Source: Nymphaea colorata
Lineage: Eukaryota
Assembly (NCBI RefSeq): GCF_008831285.2
Contig: NC_045138.2
Location: 23,374,001 to 23,438,000 of the forward strand
Direction: 5' to 3'
DNA length: 64,000 nt
In this document: positions 1 to 14,200 of the stretch, piece by piece
How the letters are laid out: every line of letters begins with the position of its first letter
Position numbering within the stretch: the first letter of the stretch is position 1
Notes under the pieces: model-generated
Database searches by the model: none
The model's input: only the letters and a program-made list of their open reading frames with translations
What the model was told of the DNA's origin: nothing
Translations under genes and position numbers: made by a program

Positions 1-3000
1 ATTTTGAAAGAACTAATGTGGGCAACTGCCTACCTACACCAGCCCACATGTAACTACACCACTGGCCATCCACTGTGCTTACCATATTCGGCCTCCCATG
101 AATCCCTAATGCTATCAGCCTCCTTGCAGAGGGTTTTTATTTAATTGGCTCTCTCTCACTTGTGTTATGCCTTTCTCTCCCTTCTTCTGTCTTTCCCTGC
201 CCCTCTTTCTCAAGTATTTATTTGTCTCTGCTCCTCTTTCCTCACCACAAATTGATTGTCGCTGTGGTTGTTGCCCTCTCTTGATCTCCACTTTTTCTCT
301 CGTTTCTTGCATCTCATCGCTGGTGATTTTTTTGTTGTATTTTGATGTCTGTTCCGCCTTTTCCATTCGAACAAGGAATGTCAAGAGAAAGCAGCTGTTG
401 AAGTGAGAGAGAGAGAGGCTGCTATTATGGAAGGGACCACTAATGCAATGGTTTGAGAGCTTAGAGAATAAGCTCGTCAATGTTGAACCTTAATTTATCA
501 ATTTCAACAGTCATGGTGTTGATGGAGCGATCCGCTCTACTTGGGATCTAATTTGTCAAAAGATTTCATGATGGATCTAAGGAAAGTGTTGTACTAAAAC
601 TACTAAATGCAAGGGTTGTAGAGCACAGCCCAAGTGCACTCTTTTACATTTGAAAGGGACTATATATCCAACTTGTTTTAGGTAAACACAATTTTTTTGC
701 GCAAAAGAGCAAGTGAAAATGCAGAAAACCATTGCATATAGCACTAGATGATGCAACAGGTGCATATATTTGAAGTTTTTCTAAGTTCATGTAGTTTTTT
801 TACACTTTACTTTTATTATCTTTTAGGAGGCGTTTGATATAGCCAGTACGAAATTTTAGAATCAAAATGCTCAATTTTTAAAAAATTGAATTTATTAAAC
901 AAATAAGGTATTTTGTTTCTATAATTAGGAAACTGAAACCTCCAATATGATTCTATTGCAGTTTGAGGAGGAATTACGGTTTTGGAATTTTCACTTGAAC
1001 CAAAATTCCAAATCATCAATGCATAGATGAAGGGTCAAAACATCTACATGTAGGACACAAACCGGCAAACAACTACGTGGATCTTTATTTTGTTTTCCAT
1101 GTAAAATTATACACATTGCATATGTATGGTAGAGAAGTACTTTTTCAAATTTCAGTTTGGATTTATCTTTTTTTCATTTTCTGCTTGTCAAAATTCTTTT
1201 GCTATTTTATTTTAGTTAAACATTTAGGTTGTTCTGTTAAACTTTACCTTTGTGTTGCAAGAAAAGTTAAAAAAAAAAACATTATGTTTCGTGGCAAATT
1301 GTATTGAGTTCAAGGTAAGCAACTTTTCTATTGGTTCAATGTTCAAATAATGAGGAATTGTATCATAAATGAACCATTCACTAAACTTAAGAAATGAAAT
1401 CAGCTTCTGATTCATTCTTCTAACGTCGATCCTTGTATTCTTTTTTGCAATTAACAAAACCATTTTATGTTTTGCCATTGTGAAACTTACAATGTAATCA
1501 TGCATATATGTTTTATAGTAGCATAATTCACTTACTTTCGATAGTTAATCTTTTTTTTTAATTTATTTCTCAAAAGATAATATAACGGGCTATTTACTCT
1601 GGCAACTCCCATTCAATTGGCAAATCATACATTTAGGACCTCTGTTTCAAGTAGGAAGAGAGATTGTTCCATAATTTTGTCTTTATTCATTTGGCAAAAA
1701 AGAAATAGAATGAATTTAATTGTACTGTGGAGAAAAAGTAATAGTATATAAGTTATTTGTTTGATCAATACAAATAATGAGTAGCGACTTGATACTCTGA
1801 TCTGTATATGCAGAAGAACAAAGTGAAATGACCTACATCCTTTCTAAAAGTAATGTGGACTTTATATTTATGTAACTTTTCTATCTTTAAGGGTTAACAA
1901 TGTCAAAAAATGCATGTTTAATATATTGTTGGAGAGCTAACATACTCGGAAAGCTTAACCATCACTTGTACTTTAATAGATATTGGCATTTTAGTATGAA
2001 AAATTAAGAAATCACAGTACATGGTTCTAAAAATCACATCAAATTATATTCAATTTCTTCCAAATTTCGTATGTAATATATACACATAGATTATTCGACA
2101 AACAGAATTTCACATAAAAACTTGAATGTTTGCCGTATGAAATGTATTTTGGTAATGGACACAAAGTTTTTAATTTTTACAAGATTGAAGACAAATACGT
2201 ACATAGTAGGGGCACCTACCTTGAAACACCAAAGCAGACTTGAGGAAAAAGAAGGTTGTTGGGAGCCTCTCATTCACCCAAAATACGCGTATAAATATAG
2301 ATTGCACATGAGAATGACATCTACCATCCCACGACCTAATGACTTATTAAAAAAAGAAATTAAGCAACCTAAATTATACATTAATCACTCAATAATTACA
2401 TGACTTAACTCAAGAACGTGTAAAAAGGCCTAGCTTACCCCACCCGACTCAACGTAAACCACTAAGTGCGCATGCTACATGAAGTGCATGCACATGTAAC
2501 TATACATATATAAAATATTATGACTAGTTTATGAAATGATTGAGTTAACATATGAAGAAATACTAAATGCATGCTTGTGATAAAAATGCATTACATGAGA
2601 TGATATGTATGATGCATGAAGGCAATGAAGACATGGTCGGCATGAATTGGAATGCTCTGACATGTGACATGATGCTAGACACAACATGATGCATGACATC
2701 ATAACACGATATGACATGTGACATGGTGCAGGATACCGTCTGAGACACGTTAGTATACCTAACTAAACTCTATGCAAGTTAGTATACCCTAGCTGCATGA
2801 AAATATGCATGGTATATGACATAAACTGTGTCAGTTAACTAGGTTAATGCTTTATTATTTTATTAATTTTGATTAAACAAAGCCCGTGAGATAGAATTAC
2901 TGACTTGGGCGACTGGCCACTGGCCAGGCCCTAAAAGGGTCCACATTAATGCCACAACATCATGTGGGGGCCAGCCACATGACAGATCTGAATGTGAAGG

Positions 3001-3090
3001 CCACAAGGAAAAACCAAAACAGGAATAGATCAGAAAAATATTTCTGCTACTTATGATGAACAATAAAATTGTGGAATTAAATTTTCTTAA

Positions 3091-3502
3091 TGAGATGTTT
3101 GATGGGGCCGAAATTGCAGAATTCTATAATTAAGGTTCTCATTTTAATGAAACAAGAATTATGTTACCAAACAAAGGAATTGATTCTGGAATTATGGGTT
3201 TATTCTTGAATCAAAATTCCAGAATTGTGATTCTACCTAGAAGGTGGAATTATGATTCCAAAATTTTGGAATTTTTTTATCCTCTTTAGGGTACATGTCA
3301 TGAAAGTTTTAATTCATAAATCCTAGAATTTTAGTTCTTGTTTTATCAACCATGGCATTTTTAATTTTGGAGTCAAAATTTCATACTACCAAATACAAAG
3401 GAAAACTTGAACTTAAATGTTTATTCCAATTCTAGTTTGAGGTGATATTTTATCTCTAGAGTTTTAATTCTATAATCAAAATTCAAGGTCGTCAAACGCT
3501 CC
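3091..3502. mobile_element. Tourist/PIF-like MITE
   Basis: Imperfect TIRs GAGATGTTTGA / TCAAACGCTC, TAA near both ends, GAATT-rich interior; related fragment at ~826-1020. Confidence 0.5.
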
Positions 3503-4027
3503 CTAAGCAAAGAAAATTGACTGGCAGCATTTCTTCCTCATCTACCAAATTCCTGTACACTAAAACAAATAAAAATCGAAGACAAAATAGCATGCAGGAA
3601 TCAAATGTGGTGCATGCAAAGGATTAATGGGGGTGAGTAACGATGAACAATCGGCTGCACCGTATGTGCTGCACTTGAAAGTCGAGCAATAGAACGGATG
3701 GAGGTGACGAAAGAGGTGAGAAGGATCACGACCTTGACTAAGATTACCTTCCCTCACGTACCAAGATTAAAAGGCCTAAGCACCCTTGGGCTTGTGATTC
3801 AGCGACTGTTCTTCTAGTTCTTACTGTAAATCTGTCAAAATAACAACACAAAGTAAAGGAAAACACCAAAGCACAAGGTAAAATGAAAAACTCAAGAGAA
3901 AAAGATTGAGAGAGGGACACCGGCTGAGAGTACCCTCCTGTGCCGAGTAGATGAAAGACACCACCTGAGAGCATCCTCCACAAGTGGCTCTTGGAAGACA
4001 GAATAAGGAGATCATCGCCACACCCCA

Positions 4028-4487
4028 CAAGTGACTCGTAAATGATTTTTTTTTGTTTTGTTTTTTATTTTCAAACGCCTCATAAAATTATCTTAAATTC
4101 ACAAAAACATGATTTCATAAATTAAATGACCGTTTAAGACTAAAAAAACCTTTTTTTGAAAAAAAATGTTAAAAATGAAAAACCGCAAAAAAGGAGCTTT
4201 TTCACATCTTTTCCCTTTTTTTTCATTTTTTTCATGTTTTTTTTTACTGCCAAACAGTTTTGTTTTTTCATTTCTAATTTTTATTTGCTGCAAAACTACT
4301 TATTTTTTTATGTTTGTATTATTAGTTTCTGACTTATTGTATTTTTTCCTCTTTTTTAGTTTTTTAAACTTTTTAAAAATTTACTGTATTTTTCTTATAT
4401 TTTTTTTTCACTTTTTTTCATGCTCATTGTATTATACCTAAGAAAAACATTTCCATTTAAAGCTCAAGAAAGTTATTTATGACTGTT
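4028..4487. mobile_element. MITE family A copy
   Basis: Colinear similarity to 25072-25489 (e.g. AATTAAATG.CCGTTTAA, GCCAAACAGTTTT, GTTATTT.TGACT). Confidence 0.75.
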
Positions 4488-6018
4488 GTTAGAACCCACA
4501 AACAATACCATATATATATGCTCATATATTATGCAGGGTCTTGTTTTAAGCTATAATATAATTATAAAATCTTCAATGAAGGGAGTGTCTGGGGCTTTGT
4601 TCAACTTTGGATCCATCAGTTGACTTGTTTTAACCTTTGCATTTTGATTTTGATCTATTTTTGCAGTGAGTTTGCTTCAAAACACCAAAAACTCAACATC
4701 TTCCTCATTTGTCCTTGAAATTTATACAATTCCACACATTAATTTTTATCACTAAAACAGTGTAAAAGATGTGATTTAAGTAAATCAATTCAATGATGAA
4801 TGCATGAAAAAAGATAATAAAACAATATTGGTGCATTCCATGTATCATTAGTTTGCACATATTGCATTTGTAAATGAGTTTAATGTCTCTTCAGTTTGAA
4901 TTTGTAAATGAGTTTAATATCACATAGTTGTGCTTCTTAGAGGTGAATTGGCATAAAGGCCCATGCGTGCATGTATGTTCTATATGTAAATGTGCATTCA
5001 ATGGGCTATACTAAATGGATGTTACACATGATGATCGCAGGGTTCTTTATATGTTTATGAAATATGAAGGCTGATCACCGGTTGTAAATTTATGAACAGA
5101 TGATAGGGTTGTTACTATATGAATGCTTATGACATGGTTATTAATTTGTTTACATGTGAGCAGGATATCTTCTTCCTGCAACAAGGTTGGTAACATGTGA
5201 GCAGTATTTATTAATATAATATGTGAATGCTAAGACAGGGTTATTTAAGTTGTCAATATGTAAGCAGCATTTGTTGCTATGTGAATGTTGTCCCATGGGC
5301 TGGGAATGTGAATGCACTGTGATCATGAATGAAATGTATTAATTTTTAATTATATGATTTAATGCTTATTTTTTATTTTGTATTTGTATAGTTCAAATGG
5401 GTCACAGTTACGAGTGAATAACGAGTAAAGTTAGCTCGACTCGACTCGTCAAAGCTCCACTCGAGCTCGAGTTCAAACCGAGTCTTTGGGCTCATGAGTT
5501 GCGCTTGAGTTTACATCTCGACTAGTTTACTTTTAGTGAGTCGAGTCACCAGTTTATAAAACTGGATTTGCATAAGACTCAGCTCAAGTTTGGCACTGAC
5601 TCGACTCTTAAGCCACACTGGTTCACCTTTTGAATTGTGAACCGGTTCAGTCCTAATATCAAACAAAACATGGAAAAAAAAAACAAAGTAAAACATAACG
5701 CGAAAAAAGTGACTCTCCTCTATCTCAACGCCCAACGGGCCTCACTGCACACTCCTCAGTGTCTAGAAAAATCCTTGAGAAGAACGTTTGTCTCCTCTTT
5801 CAAGCCTCACCACAGAAGGCTGGAGTCGGCAGACCTCACTCAAGAAAACCCTTGTTGTCCGTTGCCGATTGCCCATCGGCTGACAGTGTCAAACAAGATC
5901 TGCTTGTTTATTCTCTGCCCAAGATGGCTGAACAACGGGGAATATGCAGTTTCCGTTTTATTCATGTACTTCTCTTTTTTAGTTCATTGATAATCCTGCA
6001 TCTTAAGCCTGTGCCAAG

Positions 6019-6191
6019 ATATTGATGAAAGTGAAAACAAAGAACTTCAAGGCATACAAGAAATGAAGAAGATCACTCCACTTCTTGGGATGAAGAATCA
6101 GACATGAAGTTCTTTGTTTTCACTTCCATCAATAAGTTCTTCTTCATTTCTTGTATGCCTTGAAGTTCTTTGTTTTCACTTTCATCAATAT
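6019..6191. repeat. 54-bp perfect inverted repeat
   Basis: 6019-6072 is the exact reverse complement of 6138-6191. Confidence 0.95.
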
Positions 6192-8845
6192 TTTCCTCTT
6201 TTGAATCTGAAGACAAGCTCGTCGTCTCAGTATTTAAATTTTCTTCTTCAGAAAATGGGTTCACCTGTTCAATGTAGATAGAATTTGCATTGGTCTTCTT
6301 CAATTCTAGAGCCATGCTTTGCAAATGCATATTCATTCTAACGAAGACCAAATTTGTTAATCTTGATGGTGCAAGATTGTTTCTTTTCTTCGTGTTAGAA
6401 GCATCAAATGCACTCCAATTTCTTTCATATGCGCTGCATGGTTGACTTACTTAAAATTTTGATTGCCACACTTTGAAGCACAAGAACAAAAGAACCGAAC
6501 ATCTCCCACCAAATCCTTAATATAATTAAAAAACAAAACAAAATTTAAAAGTATGAGTGCATAACCAATAATCAATGTTGAAAACTTAAAAAGAAAAGCT
6601 AGTAAATGAGACACTTACGTGGATGTGCAGTATGAATAACAGTCATGGCTAATCCCTCGCGAAACAATATAGGATCTTTATTATGATGTTTGATCAACTC
6701 ATTAGCTATTTCAAAATAACCTTCACGAGGAACAAGTTTTTTTTGTCACTATGTCCAAACCCTCACAAACTTCTTCATCCATTTTTACCATTTTATTCCA
6801 GAATAAATGAGTATTTAAAAAAACAGCTGCAGCATGTATTGGATTGTGCAAGTTACGATTCTATCTCCTGTCAATTATTTTCCAATATGACATATATTTT
6901 TTCTTATTGTCCTTACTTGCATTCTTTATAGCTTCTTTAGCTCTATCAAGTGCCTCATACAAATATCCCACAATGGCTCCTTCTCCATCTTACCATTTTC
7001 AATATTTTCACCAATGATTCAACAAACATGATTATTTCTTTTCCCATATTCCAAAATTTTCATTTTGAATAAGATATGTAATCTCTCTTAGATGATATTT
7101 TTCCACTTCTTCTAGAAGTCTCCAATCATTGGAGGCAACCATGAACCTCAAATTTTCTTCTTGTTTTAAAATAGAATGTAAACAAATGAAATGAGAAGCA
7201 AACCTTGTTGCACCTGGCCTTTTCAACTCTTTTCCCTTTGTGTAAGTTCTCATCATATCTAAAGTTTGTTGCTTATTGTATATGAATTTGACAATTTGTC
7301 TAGCTTTTGTCATGATAGATGCTACATTTTCCGAAGTATCAATAACTTCAAGCATTAAATCAATGCAATGAGCAGCACATGATGTAGTGAAAATATCTGA
7401 ATACCTTTTTTCAATGATAAGTTTTGCCTTTCTATAATTGCTTTCATTGTTTGTCACAATCTGTATAACATTTTTTTGCCCTATTTCTTCAATAGCTGAA
7501 GATAAAAATTCATAAATTCTCCATTTTTAGGAACCTTTTCTACATGTTTTGCTTTTCAAAATATCATACCTGTTGGACAACTTACCAACAAATCTATATA
7601 TGATCCGCTTCTAATTGTATCCTTCCAAATATCTGACATATGTTTCAACCTCTTTCCTTGCATCATCTAGTATCCTTCTTCTCACTGTTTCACTACTTGG
7701 TGGGAATTGTCATGGGCCATGTGAAACAACAACAACAAAATTCTTGAAATCATTCAACTGAAGTAAGTTGAATGGTAGATTGTTCATAGCCATAACTTTA
7801 AAAAGGAGCCTATCAATATCATCATTTTCTTGTTTTTTGAACATGTTTGATCCTCCTCCTTTAGTCAACGAGTTTGAATTGGAAAATCTAAACATGCTCT
7901 AGTTGAACTTATTTGGTAGCTTTGCATTTTTCTCTTGTTTGTAGGCCTCTCGTTAATACCTTGACAAGCTCTTAGTGTCATTTGTTTGATATTTTATGAC
8001 ATATTTCTGACATATGACAACCTCATGACATTGAAGGCCTGATAAATGATACTTAAGCCGAGTGATTCCTCCTCTATAATGTTCTCCACAGAAATTGCAA
8101 ACCAATTTTTCTTCTTCCTTCAATTTTGTATGTTTCCAGAATATGTCTTTGCCTTTAGGCATGATCAAAAATTCACCACCACCACCTAAACCATTCAACA
8201 AGTTAACAAATTAAGAAAGAATCAAACAAACTCGTTTAAAGGACTTGCAATTACAAAGTATATATATCTAATTAGCCTGTTACTGCACGATTCTAAGTTT
8301 CTAACATAATAAAAGTATAAAGCAGAGCTAGCTTATGTCCCAACACCATTAATGTTCGACTAACCAACAAACAAACATATTATATATTTAAGTGTAAAAC
8401 AGAGCTAGCTGAACCGTTGATGCTCAACTCCCATCAGCCTCCGATTATTTCCGTCGATCGTCGACACCCGTCAACCTTCGGTGACTCCCGTCGACCCCTC
8501 TCAGCGTTCGTCCGTCCAGTGAATCCCCTCTCAACTTCAAAATTTACTTTAAAGTTTCACCCGAACGAGAAAACGAGAACGAGGATTTCGATTTTAACCT
8601 AAGCCCTCTTTTTCTACCTAAAAGTACATTTTTGCCATTATTTTAAAAACACATCTCGTGCTTTTAAAAAAAATTGTGTGATAGTTTAAAAAAAGCGAAA
8701 AACATGTATAATACGCATATAATATGCGTTGTTTATTTTTTGACATTTGAAAAAAACATGCGTCTTATTGCCATTTTATTTGCTAGACTGCTTTTTGGTG
8801 TATAATACACGTTTTTTGTGATTAGTATGTGTTTTCTGTGACAAT
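6073..8845 (-). mobile_element. hAT DNA transposon remnant: transposase pseudogene plus one terminus
   Basis: BED finger (IFWKH...VCNFC...GGITRLKYHL, 8162 downward), DUF659-type core (SCAAHCIDLMLE, PGATRFASHF), intron ~6520-6618, hAT dimerisation domain (WWEMFG...ERNWSAF...KKRN). Many stops and frameshifts. Terminus TTTTCTGTGACAATG at ~8831-8845; opposite terminus missing. Confidence 0.9.
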
Positions 8846-9617
8846 GGTTGAAAGTAAGTATTTATTTATTATTATAGCTATTTGTTTATGATTGCTATAT
8901 TTTTTTCATGTTAATGATGATCCAGAATCATGTGAATATATAGCTTTATTCAATTTGATTTTCTATTTCATATTTGGTATGTTTATTTTGTCGTTTACTA
9001 TCCCTTACTCCAAAATTGTTATTTTAGTTAGAGAAAGGGTTGTTACTTATTTGATTGTTGCTATTTGTTTTTGAAGGCTTATGTGCAGCGATTAGATAAC
9101 AGTAGAACAATGCTAAATCGATTAGAGTAAGAATTCTATAAAGCAAGATTGCAGGTTAACTTCTTTTCACCGTAAATTATTAATTCTAATATTTCAATTT
9201 CTAATTCATTTTTAATTCTAGCTTTCTGGTTTTTCTCATATTTAATTTGTTACATTGTCTTGTAGGTAGTAAGTGATAAATAAACAAAGAAAATTCAAGT
9301 CTCTGCCTCCTTCATTGCGAAGTTGCTGGTGGATTCATTTGGCGATTTTATGTAGTCATGGAAGCTTTTTTGCTTTATTGTGTGATGCAAGTCTTACAAA
9401 CTACCATTGTTTGTTTGGTTGTAAAAAACTTGCATTGGTTAATCTATCCTTTATATTGGATATTATCACTCTTTATCCTCATTCACACAAAAACATAGAC
9501 AATGACACATGCTTGTTTTACAACATTTTCTTTTATGTCACTTTAAAGATCCAGTATTACCTCATCTTGTTTTCCTCTATCCCCACAATTATTATTGCTT
9601 ATTATTTGCCCTCTCTC

Positions 9618-9622
<5 letters not shown>

Positions 9623-9696
<74 letters not shown>
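9623..9696. repeat. (TA)n microsatellite; others at ~21871-21903, 31837-31911, 54298-54354, 59934-59992; (GA)n ~30876-30915
   Basis: Directly visible. Confidence 0.95.
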
Positions 9697-9699
<3 letters not shown>

Positions 9700-10426
9700 G
9701 AGAGTTGTTGTCTTGCTAATATTGAACCTTAATTTTCTCCTTTTGTAGTTTTTCACGAATGGTTCTTATTCACGGATATGGTCATGCTCTTTTGGTCTGA
9801 GTTAAATGTACTAGGTTTGATTGGTGGCTGGTTGCTTGTGTGTTAAACAACTTAGAGATTGTGTCTGGTAAAGGGAATGCTTCGTTCTTTCAATATGAGC
9901 TTGACCTGGACCTTGTGAGATATGTAAGCCAAGACATTTATAAATGAAATGCATATATAGGAGATTTTTAGTTTACAACATGCAGAGAATCTAGAGATTG
10001 ACGTGAATGTTGATGGATATTGATCACAGACATGGAGTTACTTTCCAAGGGAGATGGTGACCAGAAAGGTAGAACACTATAATTGTAATGGATGTGGGGT
10101 CTCAAAATGAGGTGACAAGGAGCGAGTCAGTTCAATTGCAAATTTTCATTTTGAAATATTCTACTTCGCAATTTGTGCCTTCAGGACTCCATGTTACATT
10201 TCCAAATCAAACTTCTATATCTTCTGTGCCTTTAGTAACCACATGTCATATGATGACTGATGCAGTTTGTGACACCATGTTGGTCTATGGGTCATGGAGG
10301 TTTGGTGAATCTACCTCTTATAGTTCTGTTAACCTAAAATGCTGCCACTGCCATGGTCAAAGTTAGTGTGTTGTTATGGTCTCTTTGTTATTATTTTATT
10401 TTTTCACTATCCTTGTTATAATTTTC

Positions 10427-10894
10427 TGTTGGGATTTCTCCCCTTTATGCATATACAAAACTAAACGTATATACCCTAAAACAGGATCATGCTCATGCTA
10501 AATTATTGAAATAAACAAAACCTTAAACTGAAGCGAAAGCATACCTGAATCCATCTGAAGTGCACGGACAGTAGATCGCGGTAGGATCTTCCACGGTAAG
10601 TGCAGTGCACGTTAGGTCTCTCTCAGATGGGGAAGAGAAAACCCTAGAAACCAAAAGCAACTGTTCTCACGACTCCAGGGACCACTACCATTATATAATG
10701 AGGACAATTATAGATTCGACCCATCAAAGAGTCCGTAATTACGTACTGGTATCTATACATTTCAAAATTACCCCATACCATCTAAAATGACGTAATATCC
10801 AAAATGCAATCACTTAAGCGGATATTTACGTTAAGACAGCTATAATGTTTGAAATTTCTTATAGACATATGCCGGCCCACCAAATGATCTTACA
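10427..10894 (-). repeat. 3' LTR (468 bp)
   Basis: Direct repeat of 16375-16794; adjacent to PPT. Confidence 0.93.
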
Positions 10895-11298
10895 ATCTCC
10901 CACTTTGGCCAAATATGTCTTTATACATTCAGACATTACATAAAACCTTAGAAGCTCATAACTGCTATCTTATTAAACGTCATTTTCACCAATCTCGTCC
11001 ATGATCATATCAACACAGAACCAAAGCGGCTTTCGTTATAATAAAATTAGCTAAACCTTCAATGATCACAAATCTTAACATAATCAATGACATAGATCTG
11101 ATATGGATGTATAGTATGAGAATTACATGCAATGTGATTACAACATGTCTATTCTCAATTGGTCCAACTTTAAAACCTTATGGAGATCAAAACACAAACA
11201 CATAAACACAGAATGGAACCAAAGAACTTTAAACTTTATTCTGCAGAAAAAACTGAATATGTGTCCATGCATAAGAGCAAACAAAATACAAACTCCTA

Positions 11299-14200
11299 CT
11301 AAATCAGCACATCATCCAATGATAACACCTCCATATGAACAACATGTTCGTGAAAGACCTTATGTGTTAAACCCTTAGTAAGCGGATCCGCAATCATAGA
11401 GTTTGTCCCAATATGCTCTAGACACCTGACCATTCTGTATCCTCTCTTTAACAGCCCAAAAAACTTAATGTCGATGTGCTTCGACTTTGACAAACTGTGG
11501 TTGATTAGAGTACATGATTGTTGAATTATTGTCACATAATAACTTTAGTGGTTTTTCTACACCATACATAATGCGCAGCCCCGTGACAAAATTCCACAAT
11601 CATAAAATATGATTGGATGCCTTGTAACATGCTATGCTACTGTCTTGGCACCCAGTAAAGTCAGAATCTAAATACCCAATGATCTCCTACTGGTCTGACT
11701 TCCTGTATATGAGCATAAAACCTTTTGTTTTTTGTAAGTCCCTCAATACCCTTTTGGCTGCTTTCTAACGATCCATACCAGGATCACTTAAGTATCTGCA
11801 TAACATTCTAACAATAAATGCAATATCCGGACGAGTACAAACCTGAGCATACATAAGGCTTCCCACAACATACAAATAGGAAATCCTTTCCATTTCCTTA
11901 GATTCGATTTCACATTTAGGGCACTGTTTGAGACAAAACTTGTCTCCTTTAGCAACTGGAGTATTTCCTGGTTTACAATCCTTCATGCCATATCGCTGAA
12001 GCACCTTATCAATGTAGGCCTTTTGTCATAATCCAAGAATACCCCGAGAACAATCTCGAAATATTTGGATCCCCAAAACAAAAGATGCACAACCAAGATC
12101 CTTCATGTCAAACTTTGTTGACAAAAATTTCTTAGTTTCATGCAATATGCCCACATCATTACTTGTCAGCAATATATCATTGACATATAGAACCAAAAAA
12201 ATAAATTTATCCCCACTAAACTTATGGTATACACATTCATCAACCATATTGGTCTCAAAGCCAAATGAAACTATAGCTTGATGAAATTTGTAATACCACT
12301 GACGGGAAGCTTGCTTTAGCCCATAGATGGATTTCTTAAGTTTGCAGACCATTTTCTTTGCATTTCCTAAAACAAAGTTTTCTGGTTGCACCATATATAT
12401 CGTTTCATCAATGTCTCCATTTAGAAACACTGTCTTTACATCCATCTGATGCAGCTCTAAGTCAAAATGAGTCACAAGTGCCATTATGGTCCTGAAAGAG
12501 TCTTTCGACGAAACTGGAGAGAAAGTCTCTGTATAATCAATGTCTTCCTTTTAGTAAAGCTCTTTGCAACAAGACGTGCCTTATACCTTTTGATGTTTCC
12601 TAATGAATCCCTCTTGGTTTTAAATATCCATTTACAACCAATGAGTTTCACATCTTCAGGCAAGGGAACAACATCCCATACGTCATTGTCCATCATGGAC
12701 TTTATTTCATCACTCATGGCATCTATCCACTTATGAGATTTGGAACTCTTTATTGCTTGTTGGAAGTTAATAGGATCATCTTCCATTAAGCCCATATCAA
12801 CATCATGTTCTTGAAGATAGACAAAATCATTTGAAATTGTATTTCTCCTCTCTCTAGTGGATCTCCTCAGTGGCACTTCTACTTGATTTTCTTGATGTTG
12901 TAGAGTTTGTTCTTCAGTAGGGAGATCGACATCATTGCCTTCTTCTGAATATGTTGATGAAACAATGGCAGAAATGAATACCTGACTATTGCTTACAACA
13001 TCTGTATGAGTGGACTCAGGTCCCTCTTCAAAGACAATGTTTCTAACCTGATCACCTCCCCCAAACTCAATATCCTCAAAAAAATGGGCATTTCCCGTTT
13101 CAAAGAAGGACTTACTGGATGAATTATAAAACTTATAACCCATTGACCTTTCAGAATACCCAACAAAGTAACAGCTAATCGTCTTATAATCCAGTTTTCT
13201 TTCGCTTGGCCTATATGGCCTTGCTTCAGCTGGACATCCCCAAATATGAAAATGCCTTATACTAGGCGTTTTGCCTGTCCACAATTCATATAGGGTTTTT
13301 GGTACTGCTTTTGATGGCACTCTATTTAGAATATAAGTTGCAGTCTTTAATGCCTCTCCCCAGAGGGACTCTGGTAATGTAGAATGATTAATCATACTCC
13401 TTACCATATCCATAAAAGTCATGTTTCGTCTCTCAGCTACACCATTCATTCTGGGAGAACCCGGCATGGTGTATTGAGGGACTATACCGCATTCCTCTAG
13501 GTACTTAGCGAAAGGCCCTGAACGTTGTTCACCTGATCCATCAAATCTACCATAGTATTCACCACCACGGTCAGATCTAACGGCTTTAATCATTTTGCCT
13601 AATTGATTCTCAACTTCGGCTTTAAATGACTTGAAAACGTCTAAGGATTGAGACTTCTCATGAATCAAATACAGGTAGCCATAACGAGAGTAATCGTCTA
13701 TGAACGTAATAAAATATTGTTGTCCATTCCAACAAGCCGTAGGGAATGAACCACAAACGTCCATATGAATCAATTCTAAGACGTCTGAAGCTCTACTTGC
13801 ACCTGTTTTCTTAATGTTTATTCATTTTCCCTTTATACATTCAATGCAAACATTAAAGTCTGCAAAATCAAGGGACTCAAGAATTTCATTTGACATAAGC
13901 CTTTTATTCTCTTTTCAGAGATATGACCTAAGCGCCTATGCCATAACATAGCAGAATTCTCATTGGCCAATTGTCCTTTAGTACCACTAGACGTAACATG
14001 CAAGGTCTCATGATATGAAGCAACTGTATCAAGCAAATAGAGGTTATCGCTACTAGATAAAGAACCAGTGGCAATCAAATTTGAGTGCATAAACAACTTA
14101 AATTTACTTCCTCCAAATGAATAATAGTGACCAAATTTGTCTAATGAGGAAATAGAATCTAAATTTCGTCTAAAAGACGGCACTACATAAACTTCTGTCA

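Noticed and set aside
3760..4027. Two exon-like segments on - strand with plausible splice sites
   Set aside because: No recognisable protein, no start or further exons; upstream cut by a MITE
9749..9923. Exon-like segment between TTGTAG and GTAAGC
   Set aside because: Translation not recognisable and no linked exons could be built
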